Source: Squalus acanthias (taxonomy: Eukaryota). Taken from it: a stretch of 64,000 nt of DNA. Location: positions 622,001 to 686,000 of the forward strand of contig JASTWF010000033.1 in the NCBI GenBank assembly GCA_030390025.1, in the 5' to 3' direction. Below, in pieces: positions 10,529 through 21,145 of this stretch; the stretch's first letter is position 1, and every line of letters starts with the position of its first letter. Below the pieces are notes generated by a model. That model worked only from the letters and a program-made list of their open reading frames with translations, was not told the origin of the DNA and searched no databases. The position numbers and the translations under genes were made by a program.

Positions 10529-12351
10529 ATGGCGACCGCGGCAGGACTTTGGCAAAAGGGTTGTGGAGCAGTAAATGCTGGATTTGAGGAGAGAACAAAA
10601 ATGGAAGAGAGGATGTCATCCTATGTACATAAAAAAGTAAATATCACCAAGAAATGGGTCCTCAGTCTGTTGCATGCTGAACGTCCTATGGACGCTGCAG
10701 CTGCATGGACTGAGAGCAAGGAATACAATAAGTCTGTGGAGAAAGCCATATTGTTGGTGTGCTCCCAGAAACAAATACAGCTTATGGGGAAGCGAATTCA
10801 GGCTCTCACAGAAGAGCTAAATGAAGAAAGCCAACTGTCCCGTTCCAGAGCTATAGCAGGGGATAGGTTGTTAGCAGAGCTCGGCACAAAAGATCAGGAA
10901 CAGTCACAGATGCTGGAGGAACACCGTGCCTGTAAGGGATACCTCCAGTGTCAGTCTACCGAGGTCAAACGTAGTGAACTGGCATTGCGGGAAGATAACA
11001 CCCACCTTGCCAAGCAATTAAGGGAACTCACAGTGAAGTTAAACGATGTTCAGGCAGCCTACAGAGTAGCCAGTACAAGGGAGCTTGAGGTAGGGGACCA
11101 CGGCCCCTGTCAGAAGCAGATTGAGAGTCTGAACCTTGCTCTGTCCAAGACAAAAGGCATGTTGTGCCTGATAAGCCCGGGTGCGGCCAAGGTAGACCTG
11201 GAGGAGCAAGGAGAGACTGTTCGACCACCACCTGTGGCGCCAAGGAGAAGCTTGGTTAGGCAGCAGGAGGGGCAGACAATCTGTGAGGCTGACAGGGAGT
11301 GCACACCAGCACATGTGGCGCCGAGTTTTGACTCGGTCTGGCAGCAGGGAGAGGGGGGCGAACCGATGCAGGAGTAGTCGGAGCCAGGGCCAATGTGCCC
11401 AGCACGACAGCAAAAATTCGGCCCGCCCGCCGCTGGTGGAGGTCAGGGACCCCTTGAAAGTCAATTCTTGGCTCCCCACGGTACACAACAGCTTAGGGCT
11501 ATGGTAAGCCACCTGAGTAAACTTATCGAAAAGGAAGACCCCTCAGTCCACTTCATGGAGGTGGAGCCGGCAGCAGGCATCAACGAATGTGACGATGCCG
11601 AGATGGCAAAAATGCTCCTGTCCTCATTAGATGGCAAACTATACCAGTCCCTCTCTACTGAGAGCAAGAGAGGACAGAACGGGTATGCGGCCGTCAGAGA
11701 GGAAGCTTTAGAGGCCATGGGAATGAATGAGGGAAGTCCTTTCTCCCGGGTGAAGAAAACAGTGCAGCTCGCAGGGGAGACCCCACAGGCTTTCGCAGAC
11801 AGGATGTGGCCGGTGTACAGGGGTGCTTGTAATGCGGCTCTCGACAGGGCTAACCTGAACAGGGACGTGCTGGCCCACTGCTCTGCAGCCTAGTTGCAAA
11901 CAGCTTGCCACGATTCAAAGCCAAGGCTGAGCTTTGGTTTGACCCAGGAGATCCCCGGGTAACCGGGGAGGCAGTTGTCAGGCAACTGACCCGAGCCTAC
12001 CGGAACGGTAGTGGAGCTGAAGACACCCCACTGAAAGGGAAGGTGCATCAGATAAAGACCAGTCAGGATAGGAAGGAGTGGCACCAGGAAGGTGGTAAAC
12101 CTTCCGGCATGAAGCGTAGCTGCTTCGGGTGCGGGAAGACTGGGTACTGGAGAAAGGACTTTAGAAATCCCTGGAAGGATAGCCTAGCAAAGAAGTCCCC
12201 AACTCCTGCCCCAAAAGTAGAGGCACCGACCTCTTCCCCCACACTGGACATAATAGTAGCAGCCATCAGAGTCCTGTTTGGTGACCCAGGGAAGGTGGCT
12301 ATAGCCACTGGCGCTCAAATACCATCTGCCCCACCCAACCCAGAGGCATGA
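10529..12351 (+). pseudogene. gag: gag (coiled-coil N-terminal half, capsid-like region, degenerate CCHC knuckle); disrupted
   Basis: ORFs 10529-11377 and 11393-11893 are in one frame, split by TAG, then a frameshift to 11905-12351. Knuckle CFGCGKTGYWRKDF (His and last Cys mutated). True start may be ATG 10601. Confidence 0.85.
10530..10546 (+). promoter_or_regulatory. Primer binding site, tRNA-Ser-like (TGGCGACCGCGGCAGGA)
   Basis: Starts with TGG 4 nt after the LTR end. The TGGCG....GGCAGGA pattern resembles the complement of vertebrate tRNA-Ser 3' ends; exact isoacceptor not assignable. Confidence 0.7.
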
Positions 12352-15300
12352 CTGGAGCTAGCACAGCCGGTCTACCTGTGTTCCCTCGAGTATGATGCCT
12401 GGAAGAGACCGCATGTCAAGATGGAGGTAGAAAAGGTAGAAGGGACCTAATTGTTAGACACAGGAGCTTCGAGCACCCTCATTTATTCAGATAACCCATC
12501 CACTTCACTTCTGTCTAACGGGGTCCCGTGCAGTCTAATGGGATTCATAGGTAACGAGCAGGCTGGCTCATTCTCCATCCCGTTGTCCATTCATTTGGGA
12601 AAGCTCCACACCAAGTGGACCTGTGTCCTAATGAAGTGGGAGCAAGAAGGGAAGGGGATACTTGGGGCCGACTTTATCACAGGCCACAGGATTTTAGTGG
12701 ATTTAACGAACCACTGTCTATGGGGAGCATGTGCCCAAAAGGGTAGTGAGGTAGCAGTCATCCCGGAGGCACAAGGCAAGGGGACCTTGTGCACAGTAAA
12801 ACCAAAGGAGGGTTAGGACGTCGAACTCATGGTCAGTAACACTCCAATGGAGTACCAAGCATTTGTGCAGGAAAACCTCGCAGCATTTGCCACTCACAAG
12901 CACGACTGTAGGCGGGTAACCGGGGTCGAGGTCAGTGTGAGTGGGGACCCCATGAACAGCACACAAAAGCAGTATAACTTCCCCAGGGAAGCTGAGACAG
13001 ACTTGGAAACGGCTTTGACTTCTTTAGTCAAGCAGGTGGTATTGAGACCTATAGTTACCCACGTGAACTCCCCACTGTGGCCGGTTAGAAAACCAGACAA
13101 CTCCTGGAGGGTCACAGTGGACTTTCGAGTACTCAATCGAAACATCCCCGCCTGTGCCCCCACGGTTGCAGCCGTAGCCGACCTCATTGCAAGTATTCCA
13201 GCATCTGCGAACACCTTTACAGTGCTGGATATTTTCAATGGGTTCTGGTCCATCCCTCTGAGGAGAGAGGATCAGTACAAGTTCGCCTTTACATTTAAAG
13301 GCCAACAGTACACATGGAACTGTATGCCCCAGGGCTTCCACAACAGCCCAAGCATTTTTCACCAATGTATGGCGAATTGGTTGAAGGGCTTCAGCAGGCC
13401 CCATCAGCTGGTCCAGTATGTGGACGACCTACTCCTCTTTACCGATGAGGGAGAGGAACATGGTCCCCTTCTGCCAGAACTGCTGGAACTGTTCAGGCAA
13501 GAGGGTTTTAATGTAAACTCCAGGAAGGCACAGAGTGGCCAGCGGGAAGTCAAATTCCTGGGCTGGCAGTTCGAGCAGGGGAGAGGGCCATTGACAAAGC
13601 TAGAAGGGAAGCAGTTCAGGAGTTACCAGCCCCCAACACAGTTACAGGAGTAAGGTATTTTCTTGGGCTAACTGGGTACTGCAGAGATTTCATTGAGGAT
13701 TACGCAGCCACAGCAGCCCCTCTGCTCCGACTCCTACACAATGGAGTGGAGTGGGTTTGGGATGAGTGTTGCGAGGCTGCCTTAGTGAAACTCAAGAGAG
13801 ATCTGCAGACCGCACCGGCTCTAGGGGCCATTGATGGAGGGGAAGAGTTTTTCCTGTAGGTAGTAGCAGCCAGTGGGGACAGTCTGAGTGCAGTGCTGCT
13901 CCAAGAGAGGCATGGCAAGCTGAAACCAGTGGATTACTCCTCCAGAATACTCACTGATGTGGAGAGGAGCTACTCCAACGGTGAGAGGCACCTCCTAGCC
14001 ACTCACTGTGCTGTGAAAAGATCATTGATCTTCACAGGCACCTCTCCCATCACACTCCTCAATCACCGCACGCCCACCCAGATGCACTTGGATGGGAGAA
14101 TTAAAGATGGGACAGTGAGCAGTGCCCGCATTGTTCGCTGGACCCTGCTTCTCTCACAAATGGATCAGAGGGTAAAAGGTCTCTGCGTGCCAAAGCTCGC
14201 AGCCAACATGATTTACTCAGGGACAGCCCACCGGTGTTCCGTTGAAGGGGTATGGGAAGTCAACATAGGTTTTCGTGCTGAAATACACCCCACAGGCCAC
14301 AAAATCTATGTGGACGGTTCAAGTACAGTATCAGTTGGAAAGCGACTCACAGGGTGTGGGATTTATGACCCAGAGGCAGGCATTGCTCTGGCAATGAAGC
14401 TCCCCAGCACCATGAGTGCCCAGCAGGCTGAACTGTCTGCGGTGGTGTATGTAGTCACACACCCCGAGGAATTCCCTACCCCATACACGATTTGCTCGGA
14501 CAGCATGTTCACCTCCAATTCGTGTACAGAGTACCTGGCCATCTGGTCCCGTCGTGGATAAACCTCCGCTGATGGGAGACCCCTGCCCGTCAAGCCTCTG
14601 TTGGAGGAAATCATGAGGGCAGTAGGGGAGGAAGGTTGGGTCTACATCCAAAAGGTGAATGCCCATTCCAAGGTAGAGCCCCGCGCAGAGGGCAATCACC
14701 AAGCCGACATGCTGGTCAAAGAGGGCGCCAGTACAGGCACGTTGTGGGATCCATATGGATCAAACCCGGTAGCAGCAATCAGAGGTAGAGGAGGGACCCA
14801 AGGGAGTGCAGGGGTAGCATTGACTCCGGACCTAAAGACGGTCCAGGCACAGGATCCCATCCTAAAAACTGTTCTGGAAACGCTGGCTAGAGGGGAGAAG
14901 GTAGAGGGCCCAAACGGCGCAGCAGCCATCACCCACAAAGAAGGCATGCTGTTCAGAGGGTAAAAATGGGTAGTGCCGCAGCAGCACCGAAGGGAATTCC
15001 TCCAACTGGCCCATGAGGGTCCAGGAGCGGGGCATCCCGGGCCTGAGACCACCTGGCAGCGGGTGGAACAGGCAGGATGGTGGCCAGGACTGAGGGAGGA
15101 TGTCAGCGAGTTCTGTGCAGGCTGTCTGGTGTGTGCTACTAACAACCCTGACCCCCAGAAAAGAAAGGTATCTATGGGACACATCAGGAGGGTAGAGGAA
15201 CCATGGTAGTCGATCCAGGTCGACTACATCGGGCCCCTACCCACCACTCAGCGAGGCTACAAATATTGCCTAGTCCTGGTGGATGTGTTCTCAAAGTGGG

Positions 15301-17151
15301 TGGAAGCTTTTCCATGTCGAACAGCTACCGCTTTGGGTACAGCCAGGATCCTGGTCAGGGAAGTGTTCTCACGATGGGGGCTCCCAGAGTATGTGGAGTC
15401 AGACCAGGGGATCACTTTACTGGGCAGGTCATGCAAGAGACCCTCAGGGTACGCGGCATAGAAGGGAAATGGCACGTCGCCCACAACCCACAGTCATCAG
15501 GGATTGTGGAGCGTTTAAACCGTACCATCAAAGAAAGGCTGCAAAAGGAGATGGGAGTCTCACCCAAAAAGTGGGTACAAGCCTTACCGTTGGTCCTAAT
15601 GGGGATCCGGGCCAGCCAGTCAAAAAGCACGGGGTATTCCCCACACCAGCTCATGACTGGCAGGATTATGCGGAGTCCCACGCATGTGCTAGCCCATGTG
15701 CTCACGGAAGGGCATCTCAGGGAGGTGATGTCGAAGTTTGACTTCCGATTAAAGACTCTTGTAGACAATATCGTCAAAGTAGGCTTTTTATTATATTTTA
15801 CTTGCAAGGAGACTGCAACCATAGCCCAATTAGCTATGATGACAGACTGCCGAATCACAGAAAATGGAGTATTCTTATACAGTATAATATCACATGACAT
15901 GTTGTTTAAGGTAAGCTAAGTTAACAATTAGAAAAAACACATTAGAAATGCCTTACAATGAGACTAGCTAATCTCTATAAAATGGAGTCTATCTATTTTA
16001 CTTCTCTCACCAAGGTCAAGGCGCCTGGTTTGTTTACTTTACTAGCCCTTGGTTATCTCAATATTAAGCCTGTTTTCTTTTGTGCAGGCAGTCTTTTGCT
16101 GACAGCATAGTCTAAGAATTTAAAGTTATTTTCAGAAAAGAACATAACAATGCATTTTTTCCCTTTTCCACACAAGTCAGAGTCGGCCATTTTATTCGTT
16201 TAAATTCAAGGACACCATTTTGTCCGAGACAAAAACTGCACTTCCACAGTGAACCAGGACAGATTCGTCAGGAATCTGTTGGAATAACTTAAACAGGTCC
16301 ACTGGCAGGCTGCGAGTAACATGGGAAAACAGCATCGGGGTAACCGATTGCTGCTGGAACCCCGCAAGCACCACGAGTGGGAGGTTGGAGATCAGGTCAT
16401 GGTGAGAAATTTTGCCCGGGTAGGCGGATTCGAACCATTGTACATGGTGCCCTACAACATTGTAGACAAGGCAAGCCCCATGGTCTATGCCCTAAAGATG
16501 CCGCGCCGTACAAAGTGGCTTCACATCAACCAATGCAAACTGTTTAAACCTAAAAGGGAACAGCCGGCAAAGGTGGACCGCCCCCTAGTTAGAAATCTTC
16601 AGCCAGCAGCAGCTGTGGCAGACGCACAAGCTGCAGTGGGAGGAACAGTGTGTTGTCTTACAGGAGAGGTCACTCCACCGATTATGTGGGACTCAAGCAC
16701 ACCCCCAGTGGCCAGAGCCCTAAGAAGGTCTCCCCGCACACCACAGCAAAGGCTGCTGTGCCCACAGTTGTATCTGTTTAGAGGGTCCCATCCAAAGACG
16801 GTTGCAACCCGAAGAAGAGCGCCCAAGAGCACGGAGCGTTCTAAAGTTGGGGATTCCCAGCCTACAGCCTCCAACCGTGAGGGTTTCACAGGAGAGGTAG
16901 TACTGTGCTAAGAGACAGAGAAGGGTCCCCCGCCTGCAGCCTCAGGCTGGGAGGAGCCCACAGATATGAACGAGGGCGCTGCAGCCGCACCACAGGGGGT
17001 AGTGTGCTGCAGCACAGGACGCAGCTGGGATTTTAAGATACCCCCAGCGGTTTTGAGGAAGGCCTTCTGGGTCCGGCGGTACATGCCGCACTACACCCAG
17101 GTGTACAATCCATCCAGAGGCCACATAAGGCAGAGACTAAACAGGATTTAA
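12352..17151 (+). pseudogene. pol: pol: protease-RT-tether RNase H-RNase H-integrase; disrupted by stops, frameshifts and a nested solo LTR
   Basis: LLDTGAS at 12451, YVDD at 13417-13428, YVDGS/SAQQAEL/SDS/KVNAH/GNHQAD at 14307-14710, H..H..C..C at ~15012-15135, D..D..E core at ~15220-15510, GPY/F-type module at 16380-16545. Confidence 0.92.
15729..16248 (-). mobile_element. Solo LTR of an unrelated LTR element inserted in integrase
   Basis: 520 bp with ends TGTCGAAG...CTTCCACA and 4-bp TSD GTGA (15725-15728, 16249-16252). Minus-strand AATAAA at 15787-15792. Removing it restores the integrase frame (..LREV-NQDRFVRNLL..). Confidence 0.85.
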
Positions 17152-17351
17152 CCTGGCCGTCCGGAGACGGTCGGCAAATGTACCGAATTTTCGGTTTTAA
17201 GTAATTGCAGTTTTGGTGGTTATGGGTTATCATTAGTTTAGTTGTTTGTAGAGTTTATTAAGATTAAGGGCTTGATTAATTATCCAGCCAGAGAACCTTT
17301 CTGGGACATGGATATATGTTTTGTGTGTGCCCCTACAGAAAGGACTTTGGA

Positions 17352-19701
17352 ATGAAAAGGTTTCTGCTCCTGCTCGCCCTGGTAGGGGTGAGCATCGGTG
17401 ACCGAGGTGACGTGGAGGACTCCCACATCTATGGGCGCTCAGGAGTGACAGCACCAGTCGTCACCGCAGTGGGTGGCGAGCGGGGAGTGGAGGAGCTCGC
17501 CATCTACTTCCACGAGGGAAGGTGGCCAGGGTGGCTGGGGTCCAACTCTACTAAATACTCCAACCAGCCCGGGTTCACGTACGGGGAGGACTCCCTCCCA
17601 TGCCCCAGAATACAGGTCGTTGACACAAGGGTCAGTTTCACCGAGTGGAAGCGTGTGTGCCTTACCTGTAAGGGACGAATTCCCCTGAATAGGTGGTGGT
17701 GGCTCAGGAAGCTGAGCAGGGACGCAGGGGACCATACAGCCGACTGGGAAAGATTAGGGAACGACACCCACTGGACAATCACAGTGACCCAAGGAGGAGT
17801 AAGTGTTTGTTGGGATAAGTGGTGGTAGTCGGATCAGGGAGTCTATGTTTGTATGTGGGGATCAGAGGAAGCCTGCCCCACAGGGGTATCCATCATCTTC
17901 TACAGCCAATGGCAAGATGCCGGGGAGGGGATAGGGTGGGTTTCTAGCCTGCATGCGTGTGTGTTCCCACACATTCCGGTCCCAGTTAATGCCACTGAAC
18001 TCGTGGCACACACCCGAAAGCCCCTACCCACGAACCAGGTGCCGAAAATCCTGGAAGAAAAGTGCCCTACCACCACCAAGGGACCAGGGAATGGGTTAGT
18101 CCTAGTACCAACCGAAAAGGTAATATACCAAGTGGTACACTATGCAGTAGCTTCAGTAATATTAAACCTTACCGAGGTATATTACCTGAGTGGTGTCGTA
18201 AGGAGATGGAGCTGCTGTACCAGGCCCTGCTGAAGGAAATGTTTATGAAATTTTAAGAATTTCATTTTGCCAATATACACAAGGTAGAGCTATACAGAAT
18301 ACACCCTGAGAACCCTATGGGCACGGGTAAACAAAGAATTGGAGCCTGGAATGATGATTTCACTGACTAAAGTACAGGGTCCTCTGTAATAAATAGCCTG
18401 GATGACATGGAATTACAGACACAGATAAATGGTTTAAAAACTCAGGTAAGAAAGTTCCAGAAGGATGGGAACACAGTGGTAGGCTCAGAGCTACATGAGG
18501 ACCAAGCTATGCCGGTTCATTTAAAGGAAATAATTGCAGAATTGGAAAGACATGCCAAAACAGTAAACGCACTCATACGGGAGGATAGGAATGCATCGGA
18601 TCAGGCTGCACAGAATGAGGTGTGTGTGCTGTACGGGGCATGGTTGCTGGGCGAGGGCCGTAGCAACCTGGAGGATTTAAAGCAAGGTTTAGTCCCCTCC
18701 TGGATCAGCAACAAGCACCTTGCAGCCCTCCACCCGTTTAGTAATTCGCTGAGCCCATGCCAATTTCGTCTAGCCTCTGAAGCCTACCCTGTCCCAATAG
18801 ATTGTGGGCGTTCAAATCACACTATCATGGGATTAGTAGTGAGAATGCCGGTCATGAGTGGGACACCCCTACCCATACCGGGATTCAGGGTGGAGAACAT
18901 TGGAGTCATTCAAGGGGGTGCACACATCCGTTTTACAGCGGTCCCACCTTATGTCATAAAGTGGGAGCACGCCATGACAGGTACTGACCTCTCCGGGTGC
19001 CGGAGACGGGGTTCACACATAATACTGTGTCCCCAGCACTTGAACGCCTATTGGAAACACAATGCTGGTTCAGAGCTGCTGACGCGAAACATATAAATTG
19101 TACCATGGAGGTGATGGCACACGGTCATGTTTCCCCACAGGTAGCATAAATAGGGGGTGGGACATATTGTGTTACCACAGGTGCGCCCCACTACCAGCAT
19201 GGACACTTCTGGTGTCCGGTAAGTGACAGCAGTTTCAGCTTTAAACCCGAGGCAGAAGTTCAAGTGGCCCAGGAACGGATTGTCCACATTCCTGAAGCCG
19301 CCACTGTTCCCCTCACTGTAACAGAAAACATCAACAACCTGCAAAAGTATGTGACTTACTTTGGATATAAAATTCCCCCTCTACCCGAACATCTTACCAT
19401 CCTACTTAAAGCTGTAGAGATTTCACAAAAACATTTCTACACCCTGGAACAGAAAACAGTTGAAATAGGGGCAGAGATTTTGGATATAGTAGTTCCACCC
19501 TGGTGGGATATTTTCGAGAATATAGAGGTGCCCTCCTGGATCAGGATGGCTTCCCATCTTTTGGTGGTCTGCCAGCTCGGGATAGTTCTCTACCTGCAGC
19601 ACAACGTGCAGAGGAAGGGACGGGAGCTCCGCTCCAGACACGAAGGGACTTGGGAAGTGCATCAAAATAAAGGCTATGGCCAGGGATGGAACGAACCTTG
19701 A
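17352..19701 (+). pseudogene. env: env: signal peptide, Ig-like module, F-like class I fusion ectodomain, TM anchor; disrupted
   Basis: MKRFLLLLALVGVSIG signal peptide, N-glycosylation sequons, degenerate basic cleavage site (GKQRI/GAWND, ~18325-18350), heptad region MELQTQINGLKTQVRKF, Cys-rich DLSGC..ILC..C..C..YCVTT, TM WIRMASHLLVVCQLGIVLYL. Stops at 17826, 18254, 18368 and 19147; frameshifts at ~18178 and ~19048. Confidence 0.85.
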
Positions 19702-19973
19702 AATTTGCCTTTTAATAAAAAAAATTGTATGTGGGTTGTGTCATTTTTATGATGAGCATGATGTGTTTTTTCCAAGCTGAGCAGGGGTGTCGGACCCTCT
19801 CCGTGTTTGGATGTGAAATAAAGATTGATTCTTACCTGTATGTACCTGAAATATCACTTTCAATAGGGGAATTAATGTTTGGGTTTTTAGTTTAGGTAAT
19901 ACAGGGGAAGGTTGGTTTTCTGGGATCGGAAATTTTGCTCATTTGTTAATGATACTAATTCAGTTTTAGTATC

Positions 19974-19984
19974 AAAGTGGGAGA
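19974..19984 (+). promoter_or_regulatory. Polypurine tract (AAAGTGGGAGA)
   Basis: Immediately precedes the TGTA start of the 3' LTR. Confidence 0.75.
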
Positions 19985-21145
19985 TGTAGGCTTCGCAAAA
20001 TCCCCCAGAAATTCGAACAGAACCCTAAGTGAAGTGATTTTAAAGATCGTAAGAAAAAACCTGAGGAAACGGATTTTTTGAATCTTACTGTTGGGAGAGA
20101 CACCTTACACAGACACAAGCTGCGAGGGGCGTGGCCAGGCAGTGAACAGATCAAGCTGTCTGGGATTTGGTTACACTTCAAATCCTACCAAGGTGCAAGA
20201 GACAAAGCAACAACTCACAAACACATTAAATCACCAGGTGCAAACAGGATGCTGGAAATCTAAAAACGAGTCCTGACAATAAAACTTCCAGTACACAGTT
20301 TCATAGCCAGTATCCCATCAAAAAACCATCAGCCAAAGTATCGACCAGAGCAGTTAAGAAAGCCCGCCAAAAGACCTAGGACAATAGGGTGGAGATTTGG
20401 CGCGTAGATAAGGCAGTGTTAGAATCGGAAAACGATCAAGGCATGTTTAACACTGAGCAAAAGCCATCAGAACTGGCAAGGCCGCCAAAACTAGACAATT
20501 GGACTAAGCAAGGTTCATTTGCAACCTGAAGTAATCCGTTTTAGTAAGGGTTTTTTGGGCGCGAAAAAAAACAGTGTAATTTGAAAGCCTGTGCCATAAT
20601 TTCTCCCTCTTTCGGACTGGCTGACCACGCGGACAGAGCTCTCTCCCTGCTCCAACAAAACCTACCACAAGCCACGAGGAAGAAGGCCAGAAAACTGACC
20701 AGCACGCAAGAAGAAACCAGAGCGCCTGCCTCAGTGACCATCGGACACCTCGCAGCAACAAGGGCCTTACGGAGTCTTTTAAACAAAAGACTCTAATATC
20801 CTGTCAAGGATTCGTTGGTGAGCATTATCCCTGATCTCCTGAACCCAAAAACCTAGCCAGATAGTGGGATCTTTGGGAGCGATAAGGTTTTGTTTGATAT
20901 ATTGTCATTTCCCTCGCTTGTACCGTGTGCTCCCCATCTGTGTTTAAGTAATAAGTGTATTTCAAGTTTGATAACTTTTTCTTTTCATAAAGTCACATTC
21001 TTTCATCAGAAGCTGTCGTTTACTGCAATTTTGTTCACAACCCCTCAATAAGTCCAAAGACCAGGAACCAGAGGGGTGTGGGAGCGATTCGAACCGCTAA
21101 CTGTGTCAGAAAGCAAAGGCTGACCCCATTAAGATACCTCTTACA
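19985..21145 (+). repeat. 3' LTR (1161 bp, TGTA...TACA)
   Basis: Homologous to 9267-10525. Distal two-thirds are colinear; the U3 part differs by block indels. Confidence 0.9.

Larger units (their letters stand above)
9267..21145 (+). mobile_element. Endogenous env-bearing LTR retroelement, lokiretrovirus-like provirus (defective)
   Basis: LTR-PBS-gag-pol-env-PPT-LTR are all readable. RT has NSPLWPVRKP, LDIFNGFW, PQGFHNSP and YVDD. Two RNase H folds, HHCC/DDE integrase and an F-like env. Confidence 0.9.

Noticed and set aside
15729..15919. Novel C-terminal domain of ORF 15203-15919
   Set aside because: It is read-through into the nested solo LTR.
17352..19701. Domesticated (syncytin-like) env
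   Set aside because: At least four stops and two frameshifts.
9267..21145. Ordinary Ty3/Gypsy retrotransposon
   Set aside because: The second RNase H, in-frame gag-stop-pol and env ORF argue against a plain Gypsy label; final placement needs a tree.
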